This document shows positions 1 to 13,993 of a DNA stretch of 64,000 nucleotides, piece after piece. The position numbers and the translations under genes were made by a program. The stretch is from Patellaria atrata CBS 101060 (taxonomy: Eukaryota): positions 1,019,817 to 1,083,816 of the forward strand of contig MU006090.1 of the NCBI GenBank assembly GCA_010093705.1, in the 5' to 3' direction. Each line of letters starts with the position of its first letter. Position 1 is the first letter of the stretch. The notes beneath the pieces were generated by a model. The model ran no database searches. It was not told the origin of the DNA and saw only the letters and a list, made by a program, of their open reading frames with translations.

Positions 1-840
1 TATGGGGGCTTCCAAAATGTAGCTATTTGCTTTGATGGTATAATAAGTGTTTTGCACCCTTATTTTCGCCTCTTCGAGATTCTTCTGAATTTCCCCCATG
101 AGTTTGAACGAATTGATCTCAGAGTCCCAGAAAATCCAACAGCCGAGTTGTCTACGGATCGGATCAAAAGCCGGGAAGCTAGAACCTCCCAATTGCTTCT
201 GAAGTTCACGGAAGCGTTCAGGGTCATTCTCGTCCCAAGCCGCTTCGAGCTTTCGAAATGGTTAATGAATGAAATAGAATATCTTATAGGATGACTTACT
301 TTATGAAGACTGGTATCATTCTTCGGTGGCTCTTCCAGGAACTTACTCTGAACCATTGCTTGCTGTTCAGTCCTCCTAGTCCTGTTCACTCGTTTTTGAT
401 TATACGCTTGAAGTTTAGGAAATGCACCATGCTTTTGACTGTCCGGGTTGGTTTCCTTAGTCCATTCTCTAATGAACTGGATAGCAGCACGTATTTTGTC
501 ACTGTTGCCTTCTATCCGAACAACAGTTCTGAAGTCGGTAGCCCTTGGCACAACTCCGATTCGTGTACCTGTCCGGACCGAAATATCGTGAAGGGGTGGA
601 CAGAAGGTGTCGAGGCTTTGGTAACCTTTGAAATCACGCCTCAAGGGAAAGAAACCTCCAGGAAGTGTATATTCTGCTAGGTCAGTATAAGGAAATGGAA
701 AGCCGGGTGTTAATTATGGTAATCTCACCCTTCCGCTCATTACCCTGCTGTTCAGACGCTCTTAGTCCTCTATTTGCGCCCCCATTCTTCCCACCGTGTG
801 GGTTTGCCCCCTTCTGCCATTTTTTTAGATTTCTATCCAT
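1..840 (-). CDS. Hypothetical protein, possible KH-like segment; runs off the window start (3' partial)
   Basis: ATG at 840 (MDRNLKKWQKG...), GT..AG intron ~744-676, then the 194-aa ORF frame (..ISVRTGTRIGV..VVRIEGNSDKIRAAIQFIREW..). A further intron is likely near 298. Confidence 0.55.
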
Positions 841-1965
841 TCTGCTTCTTGGCGCTTGTTGTGAAGCTTGGGGGAAGGAGTCAACGAGATGGTGTTCTAG
901 ACAGCCAGACTGATGGAGAACGTGTTCTTCAGGCGCTGCTCGGAAAAAAGAGAGACGCGTTGTTGACGGAACTGTGGTGTGGGCGGGGGAGAACCCCGAG
1001 TCACGAAAAGAGGTATACAGTTGAAAAGCGACAATTCAGGTTTGAAACACAGCACATGAAGTGTCGACAAAACTTGTCAGACAGCATGTGAAGGGCGAAA
1101 GCGTGCTCGTTCACTTTCCCACTACGGACATTCTGACTAGTGATGGGATAATGAGAAGAGTTAAATGGAATCAAAACGAAGAAAAGAAGATGTGTATTCA
1201 AAAAAAAAAACCCCCGACGGGTTGACTGAGAAGTACGAATTTGTGTCAACAGAACGTCGATGCTCCTGTACAGTCGCACCTTCCTCAAAGCCAAAGTTGG
1301 AACTTGAAATTCGCAAGTTCGCGAGATGTTCCGTCCTCATACAGACATGGGTTATGTTATGGGTAGGTAGAAAGTAAGGTAGACGGAAGTAAAATATCAC
1401 TAGGAGAGGCAATGTATAGACTTAGTTTTTCTCATATCTTGACTGTATTATATATGGCATTACTATACACAGTCTGATATTGAAGAGTCACCACAGGTAA
1501 TCCCATATCGTAAGGGAGTAAATAATTATATTCTTGTTCAAAGATATACAAAATATCAAGACTTCCACACAATTCATTTTAGGAAGAGTGCTTCTGTCAC
1601 TGAACTACACTTTCCCTTAGGGTAGGCCGAGGACAACTGGTTTCTTTCAACATCGTAGGAGATACAATCTAGCGAGCAGCGCTCAGATCGAATATATCGT
1701 CGCCAGATGCATAAAAGTACCTTTAGAGGCTTCCATTTTGCCATGGACCAGAAATGTCCTGCAGTGACGTCGGTTATCGACAAAAATTCCGAACCGTTGG
1801 CCAAGGCTGCGGGATCGCCCGCCCGCATACGGTATGGTATGAAGAAGGAGACGCGATCCACTACCTTACTCGCACAACTTCATTCTATACCTTAGTTACT
1901 AAAGATTGATCATTCGTCAGTCGTAAAGTTTTTCTGATTACGCTAGGGTAGACTACCTTAAGATT

Positions 1966-2940
1966 ATGTTTCAACGACGGTTGGTGTTATTCGGGGGCGA
2001 GAAGTCAGTACACCTCCATATTTGGTCTCCAGAGTGCTGATTGGCGGGTAAGGATTTGGTCATCTGCAAACTGGACCAATTCTGACGATAGAGTGCGAGG
2101 GGGAATATCGCAGGTTCGCTTTTGTGTCATATTAGTATGAGAATTGTGCTGACGCCAGTTTGAAGTCTTTTATGGAATGTGCAACATTTGAATCCTCGGC
2201 ACGGTTTTACGGTAACCTAGATATTAGCATATTAGGGGGCGCTGGATTTGCCAGTCAAAGGACTACTGGAGAAGAGCGTTCATGGGATTTGTCAGGATAC
2301 GATGGAATAGAACTTGTGGTCACAAAAGCAGACAGTCTGTTAGGCACTTCATTAACCTTCAAAACTGACGCGCTGACCTTTAATCAAGGAAAACGTTACA
2401 CGTTCATAGTCAAAGACGAGCTTCTGCCAAAGAACCCTGATAACGGTAGAGAACAGTCAACGATATCATACGAAAGAGATTTCACGATCCCAGGAGAGAC
2501 CGAAGAGTTATCCACTAGATCTGTATTGTTCATACCTTGGAGGTCCTTCCATGCAACTTATAGAGGTAGGCGGAAAAAAGACTCGCCTGCTTTGGATACT
2601 AGCCGGGTGAAACGATTCAGCATGATGATGCGAAGGTATGGACATTGTAATCTCTGAAGAAGAACTTGCTAACAACCGCGTTAGCTTCTTTGGCGAACAA
2701 GAAGGGTCATTTTCTCTTTCCATCGAGTCGATTTCGGCAGTTACGGAACCACCAGCTTCTGAAAATTTTCAGATTCCCCTTGATTCTGAAAAAGGATACG
2801 GTATCAGCATTGCTGCTCATTCCGCTTCGTATTACGCAGGCCAGGATATCAATCATCAATGGATAGTCTTCAAACGAAAGCCCGCGGTCTTCGGTGCGGT
2901 GATAGTGTGCCTGATACTGTTATATGTCATACGGCTGTAG
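1966..2940 (+). CDS. CIA30-family (complex I intermediate-associated protein 30-like) protein with C-terminal hydrophobic segment
   Basis: Spliced motifs W..SDDRVRGG.SQ, GNLDISILGGAGFASQRT, WDLSGYDGIEL, IPWRSFHATYRG, MRSFFGEQEGSF; four GT-AG introns. Confidence 0.85.
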
Positions 2941-3671
2941 AAGGGGCATCTTGGGCGTTTCAACCGTGTATTTCGATCCAGTTTTCGGAGAAGTCAGGCA
3001 TGATAGCAACTCGCACTTCTACTTATTCAATCTGTGAGTGAATTGGTGACCCAATTTCATCTTCGTCAATTTGCACCCCACGTAGTCCGATGCTTGAATA
3101 TGAGATGTCCTGGTCTCCTGGTATCCGTTGATGGGTTTTGAGTACGCGTGCAGCGCCAACCGTGACAAGAGAAGATATCTCCCCTCGCTTTATTATTGAC
3201 TTTGTCAGAATGCTATACTGTCCAGAATATGCAAGCTCGCAATGAAATAACTCGTCTGCCATGGTCTCTTCTAGTGCATAGATTGTTGAAAATTTCACGA
3301 AGTAGAACTGTCGTCAATTGTAAGGTACCTTTGTATTAACCTAAGGTTCTCGAAACCAAAACAGAAACCAGTCGAGGGGTGATGTAGACGGTTGATGTTC
3401 GGTAAAGCGTGTCAAAGACCAGGGGGACGTTTTAGCGTGCAATTGTTCTTCGAATCCAATCTCTCCTGACGCATCTTCAATATCAACCTTCAACAAGAAA
3501 CCAACCTCTTTACACACTCCTTCATCACTTCCCTATTCCATTATCTTACTCTCTTCATTGCATCACACTCGTTAAGCATTGTTTGGTTTCTCCTCACCCT
3601 TCCTTGAACCCTACACTACGCTTTGAGGCCGACAGCTAGCACTTCAGGACCTATAACTTAATTTCGTCATC

Positions 3672-4696
3672 ATGTACTTGACAGCAATTGTTTCTCTTGC
3701 CATAGCTCTGGCTCCCGCGGTGGTATCCGCAAAGGGCAAAGTGGGTTTCGCTTTAGGGACCAAAATGCCAAATGGTGAATGCAAATTTCAACCGGATTAT
3801 GAGGCGGATTTCGATACTATCCTCGCGGCTTCAGGTAGCAAACTTGTAAGAGGATATGCTGCGTCTGATTGCGATGCGGCGAAATGGATTCTCCCAGCTG
3901 CGAAGAAGAAGGGTTTCCAAGTCATGTTGGGAGTATGGTACGTTTTGTGATAATACTTTGTTACTGTACTCTTCTAATCTCTTCTTACTGTATAGGCCCG
4001 ATACCCCAGAGAGCTTCGCGTTGGATAAGAAAGCACTTACAACCTATGTTCCACAATATAAAGAGCAGGTCTATGGTATCACCGTCGGTTCTGAATCCCT
4101 TTACCGTGGCAACTTCACGGACTTGGAACTGCTGGACAAGATCCAAGACATCAAGCAAGCCCTCCCGTATGCTAAGGTCGGAACAGCCGACAGCTGGAAT
4201 GTGATTCGTGATGGTAAAGCTGATGCTATCATCCGCGCTGGAGTTGATCTCATGTAAGTTTCGCCTTCCCTCTGTTAATATTAACGTTTAATAAATGTTC
4301 TATAGGCTTGTTAATGCATTTGCATTTTGGCAAGGCGCTACAATTGAGAACGCGACTGCAGTGTACTTCGACGACTTGATGCAAGCTTTCGGACACATTC
4401 AAACCGTTGCTGGCGGAGTTGATAGCGCTCCTGAACTTTGGAATGGTGAAACTGGCTGGCCTACAACCGGTGGTACAAACTTCAAAGCTGCGGAGGCTGG
4501 TACTGAAAACGCGAAACACTTCTATCAGAAGGGCTTTTGCGCTGCCATTGATTGGAATGTCAATTCTTTCTACTTTGAGGCCTTCGACGAACCATGGAAG
4601 CCTTTGAGCGTCGGCGACGACGGCTTCTCAGCTGACGAGACACACTGGGGAGCTATGACTGCTGATAGGAATTCGAAATTCAGCTTGAAGTGTTAG
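3672..4696 (+). CDS. BGL2: Secreted GH17 beta-1,3-glucanase/glucanosyltransferase (Bgl2/Bgt1 type)
   Basis: Signal peptide; GFALGTK..GECK, VGSESLYR, GTADSWN, GETGWPT and FYFEAFDEPWK GH17 motifs; two introns. Confidence 0.9.
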
Positions 4697-5349
4697 ATGG
4701 AGCTAGAAGCTGTGTCTCTGTGTAGAGAGGGCCAGAGTGTGTATTTGACTGTTAATATTAAGAAGGCAAATTGGATCTGGTTGCATCTGGCATGGTAATC
4801 TTATATTCTAGAATTGAGATGAACAGCTCATCTCCTTTAAGATCGAGGGGCCCCCCTAAGCCGCGCCGTAATCGAGTTGAATTTTACAGAGTTCACATTA
4901 TTTGACTGGGTCTTGTTGTGAAAGCTTTCAACAAACTTGACCGGTAAATATAAACTTTGAAAGTCGACGACTGTATCTATAGGCAGGTAAATATACGGTT
5001 ATGTGATAAGCATCTCGTTACGTGCAAGGTGTTACTTACACAGTTAGTGAAGGGTTCCTGAGCCGAGTTTCTGCCGTGATTGGTGTTCATTTTCATGTTT
5101 ATTGTACCTAACTCTAGCTGTTGCTTTGAGTTTAGTATCTAACTTCCTATTAACTTCCACTCTTTTGTGATACCCTTATACTTTTCAAGAGTTCGAAACC
5201 TTGGATCAGTGCTAGGCACTTTACTCCGTAAATCTTTCTTCAAATCTTTCATTTCTTTCCTTGTTTTACAACCAAGCGCAGCAAAACACAAGCATTCCGC
5301 GACCTCCTCGAGCCTCTAACTGTTAATCGTAATGGGTTAAACGTACACT

Positions 5350-7149
5350 ATGAGTTCTCCACGACGCTCGAGTCTCCGAAACACCTCTTCTCCCCACAGT
5401 AGCCTTGACAGTCCTGCAAAACAGCTTCACCATGAAGCTAGACGTCGTCGGGTTGCGCATACCGATCCGGACCACGTCACTGATAGTCCTTCGCGGCAAC
5501 TCCTAGAAGAATTCCAGCGCATGCAAATCAATCAAGAGCGAGGGTTTCAATTGCAATTGGAAAAGGCAGCCTCCCAGCAGAAAGAGCGCCATGATGCGGC
5601 TCTCGCAGAAGCGGCACGCAGGCACGAGGAAATAAGGAAAGAGACAGAGCGTGCTCTGGAGGTTCACCGGTTAGAAGTGGAAAGGGCTAAGATAAGAGAA
5701 GAAGCGGAAGAACAGAGACGCCTGGATGATCTAAGACAAGCAATTGTTGCAAACGAGCTAGCTGAAAGGAGACGCCTCCTAGAAGAGCAGAGAAGACGGG
5801 AAGAGGAGGAGGATGAAAAGAGGAGAATTGAGGCCGAGGAGAAAGCAGTTGCCGAAGCAAGGATAAGAGCAGAAGCAGAGAGAAAAGCGGCGGAAGATGT
5901 CAGAAAGCAAGCGGAAAAGGCCGACGCTGAAAGGAGGGTGAGAGAGGCAGTCGAAGCTGCGAAAAGAACAACTACCACCCATGCGTCTTCGGCCACGCAA
6001 CCCCAGATACAACCTACTCCTGCTGTGTCAAGTTCAGGATCTACATCTGCGGCTCAGAGTACCGGCCGTCAAGCCCCATTGGCCTCATCATTAGCTACGT
6101 CCTCTGAGGCTACCTCCTCCAGGAGATCGCTCGAACAGCGGGAGGCAACGCACCAACAATATCTAGATTTACATGAACGGTTGAAGATAATGCGGCAGGA
6201 TGTTCAGAAACAACTTGCTTCGCAGGGCAAAGAGGTGAAAAATCAAGTTGGAGACCTGCGCCGTAGACTCAATAAGTGCGTTGGCCAGTTAACAATAGTT
6301 AAGGATCGAAATAAGGTCCCTGTGAGTGCTCTCTCGTTTTTATGCTTATTTCAATTACTTGATGCTAACTCACGGTATCAGACAGCTGAGATCAAACAGA
6401 CTCTGAGAAGTGCAGCACAAGTGTCTATGACTATTGATATCCGTCCTTATATCATTGCACCCCTCCCAGATCTCCCTTATCCGGACTATCAGTATCCGAC
6501 TATTCTACTTTTCTTTCTCAACTTTTTCTCTAAATACGTCATCGCGCAATTCGCCTCGGAATGCTCCTCACAGCCAGCTATGGCCGAACCGCTTGGTATA
6601 CTTGTGGCCACTGTGTTCTCTGACCCAGCGTTCAAATGGCAGGATATCAGCTTGGTTGATGTGTTCCTCGCTAAAATGCGGAAGTCCTGCCCTGTCCTAT
6701 GGGGTATATATGGCCCCGAATCTTCAGAGAGAGGCAGAGGAAGACTCGGATGGAGACGGGTCGATGATGAATGGATCTCAGCAAAGGAGCACGGAGAGCG
6801 AATGACGGGACTAAGTTTTGGTTTCGCCTCCGTCACGCTCCGGGACTTTACAAAGTCTAAACATCCTAATCCCGTACCTAACTACATATTCTGGGATTGT
6901 TTGGCGTCCATCTTGGCGACGCCACCGGCAGAGACGACCCAGACACACTTTTTGGTTCTGAAAGCACTAGTAGAGAATAGTGTAGAGCGCTTTGTCCAGT
7001 TTTATGGCCGTGCAGGTCTTGTGGCGCTGAGGCTCGCTGTTATTGAGTTTCCAGAGAGAGCAGAGAAAGCTGGGATATCAAATTCGGCGGTGAGTTCTGT
7101 GAAAGTACTTAGAGGGGTTTGGAAGACCGAGTTGAAGGTGACCGTTTGA
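5350..7149 (+). CDS. GLE1: mRNA export factor Gle1
   Basis: N-terminal E/R/A coiled coil and C-terminal GLE1 domain (LNKCVGQLT, CPVLWG, ERMTGL..GFAS..LRDF); in-frame 60-nt intron 6322-6381. Confidence 0.85.
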   Translation: MSSPRRSSLRNTSSPHSSLDSPAKQLHHEARRRRVAHTDPDHVTDSPSRQLLEEFQRMQINQERGFQLQLEKAASQQKERHDAALAEAARRHEEIRKETERALEVHRLEVERAKIREEAEEQRRLDDLRQAIVANELAERRRLLEEQRRREEEEDEKRRIEAEEKAVAEARIRAEAERKAAEDVRKQAEKADAERRVREAVEAAKRTTTTHASSATQPQIQPTPAVSSSGSTSAAQSTGRQAPLASSLATSSEATSSRRSLEQREATHQQYLDLHERLKIMRQDVQKQLASQGKEVKNQVGDLRRRLNKCVGQLTIVKDRNKVPVSALSFLCLFQLLDANSRYQTAEIKQTLRSAAQVSMTIDIRPYIIAPLPDLPYPDYQYPTILLFFLNFFSKYVIAQFASECSSQPAMAEPLGILVATVFSDPAFKWQDISLVDVFLAKMRKSCPVLWGIYGPESSERGRGRLGWRRVDDEWISAKEHGERMTGLSFGFASVTLRDFTKSKHPNPVPNYIFWDCLASILATPPAETTQTHFLVLKALVENSVERFVQFYGRAGLVALRLAVIEFPERAEKAGISNSAVSSVKVLRGVWKTELKVTV

Positions 7150-7440
7150 TCATTACCGAATAAAGGGGGGTTGGACGGTAAGGTAGAGTTGGATTTTGTG
7201 GCCCTTGATTGGACCATTCCGAACTTTCGGAGAGCTTACAGACTCGGTTCACGAAACTATTATATTGATCTAGAGAGGTGGGATATCGACTATTGATATA
7301 GATGAGTCCTTCTTGACTTCACTTCATAAAATCGACGTGGAGATTGATGCTCCAAGTCCTAATAATGCCCCTTTACCTATGCCCACCCAGAAAATGAGCG
7401 CGCAGATTGAAGACTTGATGAACTAACTCTTAATCCCCCC

Positions 7441-8966
7441 TCATTCCTCATCTTCTTCATCATCCACAACTCTCCTCCGCTTACCTCTTGAAACATTGGG
7501 TCCGTCATCGTCTTCACCCTCCGCATCGACATCCTCATCCGCATCATTGCCCCTCTGCCTCTTCGGAGAGTCTCCCCTCCTCTCCACAATTCCGTCATCC
7601 ACGTCTTCATCATCATCATCCCCATCCCCTTCGAGGTCTTCGTCGCTACCCGCAATAAAGTCATCTTCCTCATCGTACTCGTCCTCCTTTGTCTTCCGCC
7701 GTCCATAGTCTTCTTCATCACTATAATCATCTCTCCTATTACGCCTCGGCTTAGGCCGATTCATACGGGCCCTTCCACTTCCATCATCGTCTTCGAGTCC
7801 ACTGGCCGTAAAGCCCCCGCGGGCGCCACCTAACCCACTGCGACCCAATATGCGCATGTTACGGTCGCGTTCTCTGGCATTCTGGGCGTCCATTTTACGT
7901 GCCGTTCGTTCCTTCTCTCGGGCGAGTTTCTCTGCTCTAATGCGCGCAAGCGCTGGATCCTCCTTCAAGACAATAGGTCCGCTCTCGACGCCATCTGCGC
8001 CCTTAGCATGAGCAACAGCGGCGAGAGATGCTTGCAGGCGCTCAAGAGCATCGTCTGCGGTCGTCTCTGCAGGCCGGACCTGAAGAGAAGTTGTGACTTT
8101 GTTGGTCACGCGAAGCACGGATGCGGTGACCTGAGGCGCAGCAAGGTAGGTAAAAGAATCCTGTGTAGGATTGTATGCGGCTGGGCCGCGGGACCTACGG
8201 TCGATGATGCTAGTTGGGGTAGGTTTTGTCGGATTTCGTTGTGGTGGGGCGAGCGCGTTGCAGTCAAACTCGTATTGAGTTTCTGGGTCATTAGCAATTT
8301 GTAGGGTGAGGGAGCCATCGGACCAGCGTAGAATGCGAGCGTTGGATTGGATTTCTTGATGATTCGAGGGTCCTCGGCGCCAGCGAAGAGTGGTAAGGGC
8401 GGTATTGTAGGCGGAAAATGTCGAAGATGGGGGAGCTTTGGAATGGTGATCTGTCGTCGGCGGTTCGAAACCTTTCTCACGCCACAAAGTAGGCTCTATT
8501 TCAAGGAACTGAGGAACTTTTAGGAGGTATATCTTGCCTTGATGTTAGCAGGACACCAAAAGACTATGCAATCTTATGTACCTCGTTGTCGCTTGGGGAT
8601 GGGATTCCGTGTTTAACTAGTGTGGAATCCATAAAATTGAAGTTTACGTCTTCGTGTTGTTCGCCCGCATCTTCTTCGCCATCGCCTACTCTATCATCCC
8701 TTCCTTCATCGTCGCCGGAATCGAGTTCCTCATCGTCGAGTTGGCGCTGTTTACTATGTGCGCGGACGGGTTAGCATGTTACCACAGCGCTGAAACAGAT
8801 TTACGTACGGAGACTGTGGTTCTTCGTCCCCTCCATCATCTCCAAACAAATCGTCACCTTCTAATTCTGGTTCATCGCCCTCCGGTAGGTCATCACTCCC
8901 TAAATCTGTGGTAGGCTTTATCGCGTCGTCATCATCTGCCATCGGCGGTGAACCGTCAGAAGACAT
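7441..8966 (-). CDS. LEO1: Paf1 complex subunit Leo1
   Basis: Acidic N-terminus (DDLFGDD); Leo1 core SNARILRWSDGSLTLQI; acidic/basic tail DEYDEEDDFIAGSDE..KRRRVVDDEEDEE; two introns. Confidence 0.92.
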
Positions 8967-9988
8967 TGGACAGAACTATACACCCAGAGCGGCTGAGAAA
9001 GATGCTGGATGTTGGCGCGCTGTAATTGAAACCGGGTATCTCCGTACAGAAGCGTCTGTAGCTTTTGGAGGTAAGCTGCAAGGAATGCTGATCAGAACCT
9101 TTGCGCACCTGGACACACGACTTCTTGTAGGTGGAATACGCAGTTTGCGATATAGTAGCCAGGAAACGTGGTATTGGTCCGGATGAAGTAAGATTCGGAA
9201 ACTAATAGTCTCAGGGGAAAGAGTTGTTAAAGAGACGATCTACGTGACGCTTCTATCTCATGTGAATTCCATTGAGAACAATGCTCATTGAGTCTCGAAG
9301 CTGCTCTGATGCACCGCAGATTACCCGGATTTCCATACAAGTGCGGCATCCATGAATCTGACAACTATTGCTAGAGCTATAAGACTAATGAATTTTAAAG
9401 GACCTTGAGAGGTAAGTACCTTACTACCTATAGACTCTGTATAGATGACCCATTAGCATGCTGAGCAGATAAGCCTCCAGTAGTGTGAAACAGTCGGTAA
9501 AGAAATGGTACACTTCATTTGTACGGTACCTTACCACTTGAGGAGAGCCTTCAGGTTCCGTTAGTACCTGACCATACCTTATGGAGTACCTTCCAGGTCA
9601 TTATTATACAGTACCGGTACTGTACTGTACAGACTGGTGCTTATTAAGGTACCTTTACTTACCTACCGTCGGGTCCCACCTGAGGTGTACTTACTCTCAA
9701 AATCCCCCCTTCAACGCACCTCTTCCCGATATTTTCTAACCCTGCAGCAGTGACAGCTCTGCAGCCTGCACACGAGAAGTTTAACAGCAAAGGAAAACAC
9801 CAATTCAGTTCCGTCTTGTTCTAGATTTTGAGATACAGACCGTTGAAGCTATTGCTTCTTCAAACAAGAGACTTCACAATCAGTTTCTCGCCTGTTTGTT
9901 GCTCACGCTTCCCAATCCCCCACCACAGCCTTTTCGAGACAAACCGTACGGGTAGCGCGTGCCCACCGCCTCCCTATCTACCACACTG

Positions 9989-11578
9989 ATGGCATCCTTT
10001 TTGTAAGTCATACCCCTTGCTATAGGAATATACTTCTTGAGCTCTCCATTTCAAACTTCTGTGGACACACACTTCATGCAACGTCTGTTATGCTTTGCTA
10101 CCAAACACTACTTTAGTCGTCCATTCGGCCTTGGATCTTCGTCTCCCTGTAACACCTATTTGAGGCACAACCACCACCACAGCACGTGTCTGGAACATCA
10201 GTTTCATATCCCTTTGCTGCACAACTCTTTTATTGCATTCTCAACATACTTTATAATCTCAAATCTCGTATTTCTAATTGTCTTTTATTTTGTTCAACCT
10301 CAGACACCGTCCATCCATAATTAGCTTTGGACGTTTGGACTAGGAAGCAACCCGTTCTAGAAGCCCCTCTCGCTAACCGTCAATCGTAGTCGGGGTTTCG
10401 GTCGTCAATCGACCAAGGGGAATAATCAACAAAATAAAGGCAACGGACAGCAGTCTCCTTCTCCCACTTCATTCCAAAGCGGATCACCATCTTCTTCTCT
10501 TCCGCCTACAGTTCCGCAGATTCCACCATCACCGTCCTTGGCCGCAGGCATGGCTCTTGAAGCTCATGCTGCCGATCTTCCTCAAGCCAGCCGCAATAAG
10601 CCATTCTTCTTCCGCGAAGAGTATTCGACTCTCATAGTCAAGGGCAATTTCATGACCCTTGCTACCCAGCCCCAACTCGTCGACCAGGGCGAATGGCTTG
10701 CCCACCAAGGTTCGCCCTTTGAAGTATTCCCTATTATCCCTTGACTCATTTTAGCTAACTTGATTAAAGTTGTTGAACAATGGAGGCTGTTGAACGCTAT
10801 GATGCAGGTCGTCCTTCTCAGAGATGAGACTACTGGTAAATCACTCTGTAATTCAAGCACATGTCCCACAATGTCAGCTGCTGGGTATGATTGGCCACTA
10901 CCAGATTTGTCAGATAATGGCTCATTCACATCATATCTCAGTCAGATCTACACGTGGCTCGATACCGACAAACGACCCAAGAAGGTCCCTGCTGATACGT
11001 ATATGCAAATGATCCAGAAATGGGTCGATACTAAGGTCATGGATACTCATCTATTCCCAACCGATACGAATTTCAAGTGGCTGGCATATTCCTCCACTGG
11101 TACTAGTACTCCTGGATCTGAGAACCAAAACCCTATTCCTGCTGGACCAACTAGTCTAAATTCTTCATTGTCGACGCTCTCGGGAAGTCAATGGATGGGC
11201 AAGGAAAGCGGGTTTCCAAAAGAGTTCGAAACAGAGGTCAGAAGCATTTATCGGCAGATTAATCGATGTTACGCCCATCTATATTGGGGTCACTGGCTCA
11301 ATCCCTTCTGGCATACAAATCTGTTCAGGGAGCTCAACACGTGTTATATCCACTTCGTCAACGTTGGTAAAGTGTTTGGGCTTCTTTCGGATCGCGACTT
11401 AGAGCCAATGCAGGGCCTGATTGACGTTTGGACCGAAAAAGGCCTTTTACCTCAAACGACTAAACCCCAGACAACGCAACAACAGCCTTCGGGAAGCCAG
11501 GAACAGGCAAACTCTGAATCGCAGGCGTCGGCACCCGCACCTGCTGCTGTTGCGAATCCTACGTCCGGAGCTATGTGA
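9989..11578 (+). CDS. MOB2: Mob2-type NDR kinase activator (RAM/MOR network)
   Basis: 14-nt first exon (ATGGCATCCTTTTT|gtaagt), intron 10003-10389; MOB motifs IVKGNFMTL, GEWLAHQ, CPTMSA, RCYAHLYWGHW, LNTCYIHF. Confidence 0.9.
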
Positions 11579-12345
11579 GTTATCTTAACGTGGGCTTCAT
11601 TCATGGAAACTACTGCATCAGAATACGATGTATGATTTGCCAAACTGGTAAGGGGGAGTGATTCAGCTATGATTGCATGTTATAATGGCGTTGAAAGTCA
11701 GAACGGTCTTCGGGTTGTTCATATTTGCATCTCGGTCTTGAAGACCATAACCTTCAGCGGAATCTAGCGTGGGATAATGCTAGAGCAGATTTCATCCAGA
11801 TATCTCACGTGTGTTTCATGGGTTAAGGAGTTTTGACTGCACTCAAGACAGTAACATCTCATTTGCATGATCGCGAACGATTAGGATATATGGAACACAA
11901 CTCCTCCATGCGTCTAGTGATTTTGAGTCCACGTGTTAAATTCTCCTTCTAATTGTATCTGAATAAAGTTGATGCTTTCTGAAAGGATGAGAAGTGTCAG
12001 GATACTGTGTTCAATCGATTGAAATGTTTCAGTAAGGGAATTGGTTAGATATAAAGACGGGCTTGATTGACTGTTTGACTTTAAGAATTAGAATTGCTCT
12101 CCTGTTATCCTGAGTCCATCTATTCCTTTTGTTGCTGCAACTTCGCGGTCGCCACAGAAATCCCCGAAGAAGCAAAGGCGAAAAGGGAGTTCTGGATCAG
12201 GACTAGCGCGGTTATTCCTAAGACAGACACCAGATTTCTCAAAGCCCCAAGCAAATATTCGAATCCCTCACCAACGACACTTCTACACTTTACAGACATC
12301 CCATTCTCAGTTCACACCCTCTCTATTTCTGAGCACGCTGCCGAT

Positions 12346-12583
12346 GTAAGTTTCTCAAATTTGGCCCTTTATGCTTTCATTACTCTGCCGCTCGCATAGG
12401 AGCTTTTGTCATGCCCAACGCGATCATCCCCACCTCGCAACAATCAGCTAATCCAGTCGCCTGTTCACCTCAATCCACTAGACGCCTCCCTCGTCTACCA
12501 TTTTCTTTCCTCCACGTCTCTTTAACCTATTTCAAAACCTGATCGCACTACTTTGAACCTTTTACTGATAATCTTCGTTTCAG
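12346..12583 (+). other. Probable 5'-UTR intron of ARF1
   Basis: GTAAGT donor at 12346, ACTGAT branch-like site and pyrimidine tract ending TTTCAG at 12583, 80 nt upstream of the ARF1 ATG. Confidence 0.6.
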
Positions 12584-12650
12584 AGAGCGTGCTTATTCTC
12601 ACCGCCTTCTGCCGAGATCTATCACATACATCTTCGCATCACAGTAATAA

Positions 12651-13373
<723 letters not shown>

Positions 13374-13993
13374 ATGCCTCGTTGGAATATCGCACGCTCA
13401 ACTACTTACCCTTCTCCATCCCTTCGTCCTCACAACACGTCGCCTTTGGTGGAATACTTGTCCCTTCTTGGAGTCGTGCGCTGGTATGTGGTTCTTTAAA
13501 GCAAAAATCGATGGAGCCTTGAAACTACATACTTGACTTTCCCAGCCCGTCCTCTTTCCCTCTCTCTACCATGATGTGCTCTTGGCTTTCTTTCCCATGG
13601 CAATGAACGGGTGTTCTTGATTTTGTTCTCAGTGTGTTTGGTTTGCGGCGTGCTCTTTTTTACGAAATCTCTCCCGGATTATTGCTCTTGGCCGGGCAGT
13701 GAGAGGGGTCCTGTATAAAAGAGACATGACCATAGACGGGCAAATTGTGCTGTTGCAGCTTTATCACCACCCTTGGTACCTTGATTTTGTTGCATCGATG
13801 TGACTTGGACTAATTTTGTGATTGACAAATGCACCATCGAGCCATATCCGACTGTTACTATTGATTTATCACTGCAAAGGGCGGGGATATACAGGAACCT
13901 GAATGCTAAAACGCCCGTGCAATGTATACAACCAATCACCATGAAGACCTTTCACATATCCGCTCATCTTCTCGGCCGTTTATCGTACACCAT

